DNA of 64,000 nt from Pseudomonadota bacterium (GTDB lineage Bacteria; Myxococcota; JACRCW01; JAFGSX01): positions 1,676 through 65,675 of the forward strand of contig JBDRCO010000022.1 of the NCBI GenBank assembly GCA_043821645.1, read 5' to 3'. This document shows, piece by piece, positions 30,185 to 40,268 of the stretch. Numbering within the stretch: position 1 is the stretch's first letter; each line of letters opens with the position of its first letter. The notes under the pieces are model-generated. The model saw nothing but the letters and a program-made list of their open reading frames with translations, was not told where the DNA came from and did not search any database. Position numbers and translations under genes: made by a program.

Positions 30185-31930
30185 ATCAAGAACATCGTCG
30201 GCAAGACCACGGGTCTCAAGCCCTCGCAGCGCCAGCGGCTCGAGAAATTGCTCACCCGTCGCATCGATCCCCACGCCAGCGTCACGCCCGAGCTCGCGCG
30301 CAGCCTGACCGAGCTCAGCGACGAGACAGCGCGCCAGGTGGGCGTGCTGATCGATCGCTCGGGACGCGTCGTCGACGTCATGGTGGGTGACGCCGTGCGC
30401 CTGTACCTGCCTGACATTGGCCGCGCCCGCGCCGGTGCGGCACGCCTGCGCGGCTTGCGTCTCGTCGTCACCGAGCTCACCAGCCGCGAGCGCGACGTGG
30501 TGGTCCGCCCCGACCTGCTCACGGACCTGCAGAAGCTACAGCTCGATCTGGTGGTCGTTCTCGAGGTGTTGACCCTGGGCCACGTGGGCCGCGTGGCCAC
30601 GGCGCAGCTGCTGCCGCCCAATCCGCAGGGTGAACACGTGCGCATCCTGCACGCGCGGCAGGTGCAGGATCTGGACGACGACTTCATCGCCTTCGTCACG
30701 GCCCTGGAACAGGAACTCACCCGCAAGGTCGAGGAGACCCGGGACGCCGAGCGCCTGGACCTCCCGGGAGAGCGGGCCGTCCTGGTCGGCGTGTACACCA
30801 GGCCCCGCGCCGAGGCCCAGCGCTCGATGGACGAGCTCCATCAGCTGGCCCGGGCCGCCGGCGCCCGGGTGGTCGAGTCCATCCTGCAGCTGCGCAAGGA
30901 ACTGGATCCGCGCACGGTCCTTGGCAAGGGCAAGCTCGAGGAGGTCTGCCTGTCGACGCTGCACCAGGGCGCCGACCTGCTCATCTTCGACGCCGACCTG
31001 AGCCCCTCGCAGCTCAAGCACATCACCGACGCCACCGACCTCAAGGTTCTGGATCGCACCATGCTGATCCTGGACATCTTTGCCCAGCGCGCGCGCTCCC
31101 TCGACGGCAAGCTGCAGGTCGAGCTGGCCCAGCTCAAGTACTCGCTGCCCCGCCTGGCCGCGCGCCAGACCGGCCTGTCGCGGCTCACCGGTGGCATCGG
31201 CGGCCGCGGACCCGGCGAGACGCGGCTGGAGATCGACCGGCGCCGGGCCAAGGATCGCATGTCCCGCCTCGAGCGCGAGATCGAGGGGCTGAGTCGGCGC
31301 CGCCAGCTCCGCCGCAAGCAGCGCAACGAGCGCGGCCTGCCCGTGGTCTCCATCGTGGGTTACACCAACGCAGGCAAGTCGACCCTCCTCAACGCCCTGA
31401 CCCACAGCGAGGTCCACGTCGAGGACGTGCTGTTTGCGACCCTGGACCCGACCAGCCGCCGGCTGCGCTTTCCGCGGGAGCGCGAGGTCATCATCACCGA
31501 CACGGTGGGGTTCATCCGCGATCTGCCCGAGGATCTGGTCAACGCCTTTCGCGCCACCCTCGAGGAGCTCTCCGATGCCTCCCTGCTGTGGCACGTGGTG
31601 GATGTCAGCGACCCCAACCTGGTCGAGCACGTGGCCTCGGTGGACCGCACCCTCGAGGCCCTGGGCCTGGCCGGCAAGCCCCGCCTGGTGGTGCTCAACA
31701 AGGCCGACCTGACGAGCGAGCTGGATAGCGCCGTGCGCGCCCGGGGTCTCGACGCGCTGGTCATCAGCGCCCGGCAGCAAAAAGGGTTCGAGCGCCTGCT
31801 CAACCGCTCCGCCGAGATCCTGTGGCAGGAGGAGGTCCTGGTCTCGGACTCCAAATGGGCCCTCGAGCCTGAAGTCATCTTGCGTCCGCCGACCCTCGAG
31901 GATTTCGCCCATCTGTTCAACGACTCGTGA
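30185..31930 (+). CDS. hflX: Ribosome-associated GTPase HflX (long form), probable ATC start
   Basis: GKTTGLKPSQ, ILDIFAQRA, LQVELAQL, GIGGRGPGETRLEIDRR, GYTNAGKSTL, LFATLDPT, DTVGFI, NKAD. Confidence 0.95.
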   Translation: MKNIVGKTTGLKPSQRQRLEKLLTRRIDPHASVTPELARSLTELSDETARQVGVLIDRSGRVVDVMVGDAVRLYLPDIGRARAGAARLRGLRLVVTELTSRERDVVVRPDLLTDLQKLQLDLVVVLEVLTLGHVGRVATAQLLPPNPQGEHVRILHARQVQDLDDDFIAFVTALEQELTRKVEETRDAERLDLPGERAVLVGVYTRPRAEAQRSMDELHQLARAAGARVVESILQLRKELDPRTVLGKGKLEEVCLSTLHQGADLLIFDADLSPSQLKHITDATDLKVLDRTMLILDIFAQRARSLDGKLQVELAQLKYSLPRLAARQTGLSRLTGGIGGRGPGETRLEIDRRRAKDRMSRLEREIEGLSRRRQLRRKQRNERGLPVVSIVGYTNAGKSTLLNALTHSEVHVEDVLFATLDPTSRRLRFPREREVIITDTVGFIRDLPEDLVNAFRATLEELSDASLLWHVVDVSDPNLVEHVASVDRTLEALGLAGKPRLVVLNKADLTSELDSAVRARGLDALVISARQQKGFERLLNRSAEILWQEEVLVSDSKWALEPEVILRPPTLEDFAHLFNDS

Positions 31931-32093
31931 GGGTGCTGTGACGAGTTTCCCGGGCCGTGTTTTGTTGGGGCGGACCGGACCAGCGCGCACGATCACCAGC
32001 TGCCAGCCCTAAGGACTCCAGGCGAGCAACGCGCAAACTTTGAGCCGGGCCGGTCCAGTGCTATGGTAGCGGCCACACTCGACGGAAGCGGAT

Positions 32094-33842
32094 ATGGACG
32101 AGGAAAGCGCAGTCGGCCAGCACATCAAGCGCGCCGTGGCCCTGCTGGTGGGCTGTGGCATCGGGCTGCTGCTGGTCTACCTGCTGGTCGCGATCACCGC
32201 CGGTTCCCGGCGCGGCACGCCCATCGCTGTCGACGACAAGAACCTGGCACCCAGTGCATTGCAGACACCCTTCGCCGCCGCCGCCATGCCCGCGGCCACC
32301 ACCGGCGAGGAGATCTTTGTCCAGCGCTGCGCCCCCTGCCACGGCCCCAAGGGACATGGCAATGGCCTGCTGGCGCCCCAGCTGACGACGGAGCCGCGCG
32401 ATCTGGTCAAGGGTCCGTACTGGATTCGCTCCACGGCGGCGGGCACGGCCCCGGTCCGTGACGACCTCAAGAAGGTGGTGGAGCGCGGCATCTCGGGCAC
32501 CATGATGCCTGGCTTCGAAGGTGTGCTCGAGATCGAGAAAGCCGAGCAGCAGGGCATTGACCTCGTCGTGGACTACCTGATCGCGCAGTCCAAGTATCTG
32601 CAGAAACCGGGTACCGTCATCGAACCCGAGGAGCAGGCCACCGGCGAGGACTGGGAGGTCGAGGCCGGCAAGGCGGTGTGGGATGCGCTCAAGTGCGCCG
32701 AGTGCCACGGCGATGGCGGTCGGGGAGGAGGCGCTCGCGCGGCCGAGATCAAGGACGGCCGCGGGCAGGCCGTGCGGGTCCCCGACCTGAGTGCGCCCTG
32801 GGATTTCCGGCGCGGCTCCGAGACACACCACATCTGGATGGGTCTCGAGCTCGGACTCAGCCCGGAGCACATGCCCTCGCTGACCAGCAAGACCAGCAAG
32901 GGTGACCGCCTGGCGCTGGCGGTGTACGTGCGGTCGCTGGCCCGCAAGCTGCTCGACAGCGACGACATGAAGGCCGCCCGCGAGCAGCGCGGACTGGTTC
33001 GCCATGGCGAGGACATGGTGCACCTGCTGGGCTGCGCACGCTGCCACACCCCCGTGGACGCCAATGGGCTGCCCCGCCGTGATCTGGCCTTTGCCGGGGG
33101 CGTCGAGATCCGCACCCCCAGCGGCACCTTCCACGCCGGCAATCTGACCCCGCACCCCGAACACGGCATCGGCAAGGCCAGCGACGAGAACCTCGCCCGC
33201 GCCATCACCGAGGGTGTCAGCCTCGATGGGCGCAGCATTGATCCCCTGGCACATCCCTGGACCTGGTACAGCAAGCTGACGAGTTCAGACCTGGCGGCGA
33301 TCATCGCCTACCTGCGCAGTCTGCCGGTGGCGACCAATGCGGTGTCCGCTGCCGAGCGGGAGTCCCGCGGCATCTTCAGCATGCTCGGCGTGATGTTCGG
33401 TGCCGGCGAGCCCGCGGTCGAGGTGGTCAGCCGCATCGCCGGGGCCTCGCCCGAGACGCCAGGTACCGACGGTGACGAGGACGCGGAAGAAGAAGACCCC
33501 ACGCCTGCGGACACCAGCGCGGCCAAACCCGGGGCCACCGACAATCCCCCGTCCGGCACCACGGTCGCGACGCCCAAGGGTCCCCCTGCTGCGGGCACGG
33601 ACAGCGATGACGAGGGCGGCGACGACGATGATGACGCGCCCCAGAGTTCCGAGGCACGCCTGGCCGTGGCCAAGGCGCGGGTCGAGGAAGCGAACCTGCG
33701 GCTGAGCGAGGCAGCGGCGGCCTTCGGTCGGGCCAAGGCAGAGTACGAGAAGGTCCAGGCCGAGGTTGGCGCCGCCGGCGACGACAAGTCTCCCGGCAAG
33801 GGCAAGAAGAAGAAGAAAAAGAAAAAGAAGAAGAGGCGCTAG
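32094..33842 (+). CDS. Membrane-anchored triheme cytochrome c with acidic linker and poly-Lys tail
   Basis: CAPCH, CAECH, CARCH; distal Met candidates GTMMP and HMP; NLTP...GIG. Confidence 0.9.
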   Translation: MDEESAVGQHIKRAVALLVGCGIGLLLVYLLVAITAGSRRGTPIAVDDKNLAPSALQTPFAAAAMPAATTGEEIFVQRCAPCHGPKGHGNGLLAPQLTTEPRDLVKGPYWIRSTAAGTAPVRDDLKKVVERGISGTMMPGFEGVLEIEKAEQQGIDLVVDYLIAQSKYLQKPGTVIEPEEQATGEDWEVEAGKAVWDALKCAECHGDGGRGGGARAAEIKDGRGQAVRVPDLSAPWDFRRGSETHHIWMGLELGLSPEHMPSLTSKTSKGDRLALAVYVRSLARKLLDSDDMKAAREQRGLVRHGEDMVHLLGCARCHTPVDANGLPRRDLAFAGGVEIRTPSGTFHAGNLTPHPEHGIGKASDENLARAITEGVSLDGRSIDPLAHPWTWYSKLTSSDLAAIIAYLRSLPVATNAVSAAERESRGIFSMLGVMFGAGEPAVEVVSRIAGASPETPGTDGDEDAEEEDPTPADTSAAKPGATDNPPSGTTVATPKGPPAAGTDSDDEGGDDDDDAPQSSEARLAVAKARVEEANLRLSEAAAAFGRAKAEYEKVQAEVGAAGDDKSPGKGKKKKKKKKKKRR

Positions 33843-33844
33843 GT

Positions 33845-34471
33845 ATGGACGAAGAAGGCCCGCGGTTCTGGTTGTGGAGCCTCGGTGGTGTCGGGCTGGG
33901 CCTGATGCTGGGCCTGCTCATGGCCCTGTCTGGCACGCCCAGCTGCAGCCTCAACCCCTCGGTGCGCACCGCGGCGGGCGACACAGGGTCCATGCCCGCA
34001 CTGCCTGAGAAGATCGAACCCAGCCGCATCGCCCAGGCACAGCGAGGCTGGTACCTGGCCACGGCTGCCGGCTGCGCGTCCTGCCACACCCCCGTCGACC
34101 CCTTCACCGGCCCGCTGGCCACGCAGGCCCTGTCCGGTGGCATGGCGCTGCGCTCGCGCTTCTTCGGGACCCTGTACTCGGCCAACATCACCTCGGACCT
34201 GTCCTCGGGTCTCGGCAAGCTTCGCGACGAGCGAGGTCGACTGCGCTCGGCGCTTCGCGGCGGCGTGGGTACCCGCGGCCAGGTCATGCACCCTGCGGCC
34301 ATGCCCTGGCTCGAGATCGGACGCGCCGACACCGAGGATCTCGACTGCATCCTGTACTACTTGCTGCTCGCCAAGGCGTACTCGCGCACCTTCCCGGCGC
34401 GTGGTGCGCCTGGCTCCGGGGATAGCCCTGGCGTGTGGTTGGGACTCGGTTCCTGGTCGCGCTCGATGTGA
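33845..34471 (+). CDS. Monoheme cytochrome c
   Basis: TM helix; RGWYLA...GCASCHT, LSGG, NITSD..SGLG, AMPW. Confidence 0.88.
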   Translation: MDEEGPRFWLWSLGGVGLGLMLGLLMALSGTPSCSLNPSVRTAAGDTGSMPALPEKIEPSRIAQAQRGWYLATAAGCASCHTPVDPFTGPLATQALSGGMALRSRFFGTLYSANITSDLSSGLGKLRDERGRLRSALRGGVGTRGQVMHPAAMPWLEIGRADTEDLDCILYYLLLAKAYSRTFPARGAPGSGDSPGVWLGLGSWSRSM

Positions 34472-34504
34472 GCGGAGCGCGGGACTCTCGCCCCGCAGCG
34501 CGCC

Positions 34505-35818
34505 TCAGGCGTCCTCGGCGTCGAGGTCCTCGGCCGTGGGCGCCGCCCCCAGCTTCCCGGGCTCGTGCACGGTCACGCTGAAGGTGTCGACCACGGTCAT
34601 GCCCTTTCGCTCGGCACTGAGCGCGAAGGTCCAGGTGCCGGGCTCGTCGACGACCATGCGATACATCCCGTTCTTGTAGGGCGCGAACTCGTAGCCCGGG
34701 TGCTCGCCCCCGAGCAGCGCGAAGGCCTTGATCTTGTAATCGGCAGGATACTTCACACGAAATTCGTGCCCCGCCATGACGCGCTCACCGGTGGCCAGGG
34801 CGTCGCGGTTGAGCAGGACCTCGCCGCGGCTCACCTTGGGCCAGAAATCCGGTTTCTCGTCGAGAATGCGCAGCATCACCTCGAGCGGATAGACCTGCTT
34901 GATGGGGGCCGTGTTCATCTCGCCGAGCATCTTCTTGACCTGGTCTGGCCGGGCAAAACCCAGCAGCTTGCGCACGGCCTTGTCGATGATGGCGTCGCGA
35001 TCCAGGCCGTCGTCCTCCATGTGGTCAGCGAGGCGCACCATGTGAATGGCGCCCTGGATGGAGCCGAGCCGCTCGATGTCCGGCGGCTCGAGCGTGGGAT
35101 CGAAGTCATCGTGGTAGGTCGAGGTGAAGGCGTTCTTGTGCTCGTCCTCGCCGATGATCCGCTTCTTGGCCGCCAGGGCCTGCTCCACGGGATCACCGCC
35201 GCCCTCGTCCTGACCCACCAGCACGCTCACCTGCTCGACGTCCTCGGTGCGCTCGCGTCCCTCGACGGGCCGGGCGCGCCCCATGCCCGCCTTCGCTGAG
35301 CCCTTCTTGGCGTCGGCCCGGTCCCCGCGCTCCGAGCGGCCGCGGCTGCGCGCTTCACCCACACGGCCACCCCGCCCGCCTCCCTCGCCCTTGCCCCCGC
35401 TCTTCTGCTTGTCCGGGGTATCCCCTGCGTCACCGGCGCCATCCGCCGAGGCCGCGGACTTGCCTCTGCGCCGGGTGGTGCGGCCGAGCATGCGCTTGAT
35501 GAAGCCGCCGCCGGTGCCTGGCAGGCTGTCATCACCGTCACCATCACCCCCGCCATCGCCCTCACCCTCACCCTCACCCTCGACCTTGGCTCCGGCGTCC
35601 CCGTCCTCGTCCTTGGCGCGCCGGGTGGTGACCATGACATCACCCTGCCCTGCCTGCACCGAAGGGCTCGCCAGTCCACGTTCTGGCGCCGCCTTGTCGA
35701 CGCTGGCCTCGGCGTCGCGCGCTTTGGATTCCGGAGCCTCGGGCTTGCTGGAGCTGCCCTCGGCGCCGGCAGCAGGAACGGTTCCGGTGGTCGACGATCC
35801 GCGCTGGATGGTGCTCAT
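34505..35818 (-). CDS. Hypothetical protein with long disordered N-terminal half
   Basis: GAGG RBS; G/E/D/K/R low-complexity N-half and a globular C-half. Confidence 0.7.
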   Translation of the reverse strand: MSTIQRGSSTTGTVPAAGAEGSSSKPEAPESKARDAEASVDKAAPERGLASPSVQAGQGDVMVTTRRAKDEDGDAGAKVEGEGEGEGDGGGDGDGDDSLPGTGGGFIKRMLGRTTRRRGKSAASADGAGDAGDTPDKQKSGGKGEGGGRGGRVGEARSRGRSERGDRADAKKGSAKAGMGRARPVEGRERTEDVEQVSVLVGQDEGGGDPVEQALAAKKRIIGEDEHKNAFTSTYHDDFDPTLEPPDIERLGSIQGAIHMVRLADHMEDDGLDRDAIIDKAVRKLLGFARPDQVKKMLGEMNTAPIKQVYPLEVMLRILDEKPDFWPKVSRGEVLLNRDALATGERVMAGHEFRVKYPADYKIKAFALLGGEHPGYEFAPYKNGMYRMVVDEPGTWTFALSAERKGMTVVDTFSVTVHEPGKLGAAPTAEDLDAEDA

Positions 35819-36004
35819 GCTGGGTGCCCCTCGTACCCGATATGTTGGCCTCCCCCATGGCCACCGTCAAGGCGGCCCGGGGAGCGCTGCGGCGCAAAGA
35901 GCGCCCCGGGGCAGTCCTGCCACCAGGTGTCCCCGCTACCTCGTTTGACAGCACCGTCGACCGGTCGCAGTATTGGCGCGGTCCTTGTCGACGGCGAGTG
36001 GTGT

Positions 36005-37240
36005 ATGAGCGACAGGCTGCTGCATCTGGATCCCTACGGCGGTGCCTCGGGCGACATGGTCCTCGGTGCACTGTGCGACCTCGGTGTGCCCGTGGGGGTC
36101 ATCGAGAAATCCCTGGCCGCCGTGGGTCTGGACGGGGTGCGCGTGAGCCTGCGCCGCGAACAGCGCCATGGCGTGTCCGGACAGCGCGCGGTGTTCGTCG
36201 ACGAGCAGGGCCGCCCCATCGATCCTCTCGAGGCAGACCAGGCAACGGTGAATCACCACCACGGCCACACCCACGCGGGCGAGCTGCTGCGACGCATCGC
36301 CCGCAGCGCGTTGCCGGACGAGGTCCGGGACCTGTCCCTGCGCATCTTCCGGCGGCTGGCCGAGGCCGAGGCCCGGGTGCATGGCGTGTCCGTGGACGAG
36401 GTGGCCCTGCACGAGGTCGGCGGCCAGGACGCCATCGCCGACGTGGTGGGTGCGGCCACCGCCCTGCACCACCTGCAGCCGGCGCGGGTGAGCGTGGGTC
36501 CCCTGCCCCTGGGTGGAGGCAGCGTGCACGCGGCCCACGGCGTGTTGCCCGCGCCTGCGCCCGCCACCCTGCAGCTGCTGCTCGGCGCACCGGTGCAGGG
36601 CATCGCCGTTGCCCACGAGTGCGTCACCCCCACCGGTGCCGCGATCCTGACCACGCTGGCCCAGCGCTATGGCGCGATCCCGAACGGGACCCTGCGCGCC
36701 GTGGGGACGGGGCTGGGGCGCCGCGACCCGCAGGAGCGTGCCAACCTGCTCCGCGCATTGCTGCTCGATGCCCACACCACGCCCGCGCTCGACGACGCCG
36801 GGATGGTGGAGATCCAGACCAACCTCGACGACGAGACCGGGGAAGTGCTGGCCCACACGATACAGCGCCTGCTCGCCCAGGGCTGTGTGGACGCCTGGGC
36901 GGTTCCCGGCACCATGAAGAAGGGGCGGCCGGCCACGATCCTGCATGCCCTGGCGCCGGAAGCAGCTCGGGAGGCGGTGATCCGGCTCCTGCTCGAAGAG
37001 ACCTCGAGCCTGGGTCTGCGCTGGCACCGGGTCGAGCGCGCGACCCTGCAGCGCCGCGTGGTCGAGGCCCACACCCGCTTCGGTGTGGTGCGGGTCAAGC
37101 TCGGCCTCGACGGCGAGCGTGTTCTGAAGACCAAGCCCGAGTTCGACGACTGCCAGCGCCTCGCAACGCAAGCCGGGGTCCCGCTGCGCCAGGTCATCGA
37201 GGCGGCGCTGCGCGCGGCAGATGGCGAGGTCGTGCCGTGA
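36005..37240 (+). CDS. larC: Nickel pincer cofactor biosynthesis protein LarC
   Basis: GASGDMVLGAL, His-rich HHHGHTH, AEARVHG, HEVG..DAIADVVG, TPTGAA, TNLDD, MKKGRP, KPEFDDC. Confidence 0.95.
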   Translation: MSDRLLHLDPYGGASGDMVLGALCDLGVPVGVIEKSLAAVGLDGVRVSLRREQRHGVSGQRAVFVDEQGRPIDPLEADQATVNHHHGHTHAGELLRRIARSALPDEVRDLSLRIFRRLAEAEARVHGVSVDEVALHEVGGQDAIADVVGAATALHHLQPARVSVGPLPLGGGSVHAAHGVLPAPAPATLQLLLGAPVQGIAVAHECVTPTGAAILTTLAQRYGAIPNGTLRAVGTGLGRRDPQERANLLRALLLDAHTTPALDDAGMVEIQTNLDDETGEVLAHTIQRLLAQGCVDAWAVPGTMKKGRPATILHALAPEAAREAVIRLLLEETSSLGLRWHRVERATLQRRVVEAHTRFGVVRVKLGLDGERVLKTKPEFDDCQRLATQAGVPLRQVIEAALRAADGEVVP

Positions 37241-39399
37241 TCATGCCCTCCGTCGCCGTGGTGCACCCCGATCCGGAGCGGCGACGCATCCTGGCCGCAC
37301 ACCTGAGCCAGGCGGGTTTCACGCCCGTCGAGATCGATGGCCTGGACACCCACCGAGCGGAGCTGGCGCTGTGCGACGCCGTGCTGTGCGATGTGCGCAC
37401 TCCGCGGCCAGATCCCCAGCGCAGCCTAGCCGGATTCCTGCGCGACACCCTGCGGCTGCAAGGCACCGTGCTGGCCGTGCTCCCGGACACCAGCGCGGAG
37501 ACGATCGCCCGCACCGAGGGCGAGGACTTCGACGATTTCATCCTCGCCAGCGCGGACGCTCCGGCCCTCACCGCTCGGCTGCGCCTGGCCCTGCGTGCTC
37601 GAAACCACCAGCGGGACCTCGAACTGCGAAGTCTGGACGCGCTCGCCTTGCTCGAGCTGAGCCAGACCCTGGCATCGAGCCTCGACGTGCAGACCATCCT
37701 GCACGAGGCCAGCTTGCTGGTTGCCAGCGTGCTGCAGGTGGATCGCTGCGCCATCGTGCTCCTCGACCCGGACAGCAGCCGGGGCTCCATCGTCGCGGCC
37801 AGCGAAGACCACATGGTGCGCGACCTCGAGATCTCCCTCGACGCCTACCCGGAGCTTCGGAACCTCATCGAGACCTCCGCCCCGGTCATCATCCACGACG
37901 CGAGCCAGAGCGCCTTGCTGGGTGAGGTCAAGCAGATCCTGGCCGAGAAGCGGGTCGGGGCCGAGATGCTGTTCCCCATCATCTACGACGAGCATGTGGT
38001 GGGTGCGCTGTTCCTGCGCAGCGTGCAGCGTCTCGAGGCCGTGGATCCGCGCAAGGTCGAGTTCGGCATGACCGTGGCCAGCTCCCTGGGTGTGTCGATC
38101 CGCAACGCCCGGCTGTTCGACTCGTTTCGCGATCACACCAAGCGCGTCAACCAGCTCCGCCTCCAGGCCGAGCGGCGCATGCGCGCCCTGCAACGCTACG
38201 AGGACTTCTTCGAGTACGCCGCCGACGGCATGATGGTGCTCGAGGCCGACGGCCGGGTGCAGTACCTCAACCGTGAAGGACACCGGATCCTGGGCGGCGA
38301 TCGCGACCGCGAGGCCAGTCTCAACCTCAACAGCTGCCTGACCGAGGATTCACAGCTCGTGCTGCAACACATGCTGCAGGTGATCCGGCAGGGCCAGTAT
38401 TGCCGCAACATCGACCTCACGGCGATCCGGCCCAGCGACGAGGAACGTTCGTTGTCGGTGTCCGCGTCGCCCCTGGGAGAGGGCCAGGGCCTGGCCGTGC
38501 TGTCCTTCCGCGACGTCACCGAACTCAAGGAGATGCAGACCGAGCTCAAGACCACCAAGGACTTTCTCGAGAATCTCATCGACAGCTCGGTCGACGGCAT
38601 CGTGGCTGCGGACCTGCGCGGCAATGTGCTGCTGTTCAACAAGGGCGCCGAGCGCATCTACGGCTACAACGCCCCCGAGGTCATCGGCCACATTCCGGTG
38701 TGGCGGCTCTACCCGCGCGGCGAGGCCGTCGCGATCATGCGACAGCTGCGCAGCGAGGCCATGGGTGGCCTGGGCCGCGCCGTCGGGCGACGGAGCCTCA
38801 TCAAGGACAAGCAGGGCACTCACGTGCCGGTCAGCCTCACCGCATCGATCATCTACGAGGACGGCGTCGAGGTCGCCACGGTGGGGATCTTCTCCGACCT
38901 GCGCGACCGCCTCAGGATGGAGCAGGACCTCGAGGAGGCACAGCAGCTGGTGATCCAGAGCGAGAAGCACGCCGCCGTGGTCGAGCTGGCCGGCGCCGCG
39001 GCCCACGAGCTCAACCAGCCGCTCACCAGCGTCGTGGGCTACGCCGAGATGCTGCGGCGCAAGGTGCAGGACGGCGATCCCCTCAAGCGGCCCGTCGACA
39101 TCGTCTACAAGGAGGCCGAGCGCATGGCCGAGATCGTGCGCAAGCTCGGCCGCATCACCAAGTACGAGACCAAGGCCTACGGTGGGGGCGCGCGCATCCT
39201 CGATCTCGATCGCGCCTCGACCCCGGACCGGCCCCGCGGTCCCAGAGCCGTGCTCAGTTCCGACCCGCGGGTACCCCTGGTACGCAGCGTGCGCGCCGAG
39301 ACCACCTCCCCCGCACGGCCAGCAGCCACCGAGCCCGCACCGGCCTCCCCCGCCGCCGGCGCCACGAATGAATCCGAACCCGGGGACGAGCGTCCATGA
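37237..39399 (+). CDS. REC-like/GAF/2xPAS/HisKA signalling protein lacking an ATPase domain
   Basis: GTGA overlap with larC; GAF (YPEL...PV...LFPI), PAS (FNKGAERIYGY), H-box AHELNQPL; no N/G1/G2 boxes. Confidence 0.85.
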   Translation: MIMPSVAVVHPDPERRRILAAHLSQAGFTPVEIDGLDTHRAELALCDAVLCDVRTPRPDPQRSLAGFLRDTLRLQGTVLAVLPDTSAETIARTEGEDFDDFILASADAPALTARLRLALRARNHQRDLELRSLDALALLELSQTLASSLDVQTILHEASLLVASVLQVDRCAIVLLDPDSSRGSIVAASEDHMVRDLEISLDAYPELRNLIETSAPVIIHDASQSALLGEVKQILAEKRVGAEMLFPIIYDEHVVGALFLRSVQRLEAVDPRKVEFGMTVASSLGVSIRNARLFDSFRDHTKRVNQLRLQAERRMRALQRYEDFFEYAADGMMVLEADGRVQYLNREGHRILGGDRDREASLNLNSCLTEDSQLVLQHMLQVIRQGQYCRNIDLTAIRPSDEERSLSVSASPLGEGQGLAVLSFRDVTELKEMQTELKTTKDFLENLIDSSVDGIVAADLRGNVLLFNKGAERIYGYNAPEVIGHIPVWRLYPRGEAVAIMRQLRSEAMGGLGRAVGRRSLIKDKQGTHVPVSLTASIIYEDGVEVATVGIFSDLRDRLRMEQDLEEAQQLVIQSEKHAAVVELAGAAAHELNQPLTSVVGYAEMLRRKVQDGDPLKRPVDIVYKEAERMAEIVRKLGRITKYETKAYGGGARILDLDRASTPDRPRGPRAVLSSDPRVPLVRSVRAETTSPARPAATEPAPASPAAGATNESEPGDERP

Positions 39400-39476
39400 C
39401 CACAGCGCAACTCCGCGTCACATCCTGGGTGCGTCCTCGACACCCGCGGAGCCATCCAGCGCACAGGGAGATGTCC

Positions 39477-40268
39477 ATGATCGTTCTACCTGCCCTCACC
39501 CTGGCGACCACGCTGCTCGTGGGCGCGGCACCGGCCAAGGCCCCCGTCCCCGAGATGGACGCCGCCACCATCCTCAAGAAGGCCATGGCCCGCAACCTGT
39601 TCGGGCTCACCGGCACGGCCAACGCCAGCATGGAGGTTCACACCACCCGTGGCGAGGTCAAGAACCGCGACCTGGCGGTCAAGCTCATGCGCAGCGAGGC
39701 GGGGTTGCAGCGTGCTCTGGTCAGCTTCCGCAGCCCTGTCGAGGTGGCGGGCACCGCGTTCCTGGTGGTGGAGCGCCCCGAGGGGCCCCCGGACCAGTAC
39801 CTGTATCTCCCCGCACTCAAGAAGGTCCGCCGCATCGCCGCCGGTCAGGCCACGGACTCTTTCATGGGTTCTGACTTCACCTTTCTCGACCTGTCCCCCC
39901 TGCCCCAGGGCAACAGCGGCGAGATCGAGTTCAAGCGCCTCGAGGATGCCACCGTCGGCGGCCAGCCAGCCTACGTGATCGAGGCTCTGAGCAAGATCCC
40001 GGGCTCGCCTTACAGCCGGGTGCTCACCTCCATTCACCGCGAGCACCTGGTGCCACTCAAGATCGAGTTCTTCGACCAGAGCGGTAAGCCGCTCAAGGTC
40101 CTGACCATGAAGAAACTCAAGAAGATCGACGGCAAGCTCATCCCGGTCGAGCTCGAGATGAAGAACCAGCAGAAGAACTCGTGGACCGTGCTGGGCCTCA
40201 CCGAGCTCGATCTCAAGGCCAAGCCCAGCGAGGCCGACTTCACGCCCGAGGCCATGCAGGGCACCTGA
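39477..40268 (+). CDS. Outer-membrane lipoprotein-sorting (LolA-like) protein
   Basis: F.SP..V.GTAFL, DQYLYLPALKKVRRI, SFMGSDFTF.DL, YSR. Confidence 0.9.
   Translation: MIVLPALTLATTLLVGAAPAKAPVPEMDAATILKKAMARNLFGLTGTANASMEVHTTRGEVKNRDLAVKLMRSEAGLQRALVSFRSPVEVAGTAFLVVERPEGPPDQYLYLPALKKVRRIAAGQATDSFMGSDFTFLDLSPLPQGNSGEIEFKRLEDATVGGQPAYVIEALSKIPGSPYSRVLTSIHREHLVPLKIEFFDQSGKPLKVLTMKKLKKIDGKLIPVELEMKNQQKNSWTVLGLTELDLKAKPSEADFTPEAMQGT

Noticed and set aside
35529-35582. TCACC(C/G/A) hexamer tandem repeat
   Set aside because: It encodes the EGEGEGDG low-complexity tract in frame and is not an independent element.
35824-37236. N-terminal ~470 aa of the 1191-aa ORF
   Set aside because: R/P/G-rich off-frame read over larC; the real protein starts at 37237 or 37243.
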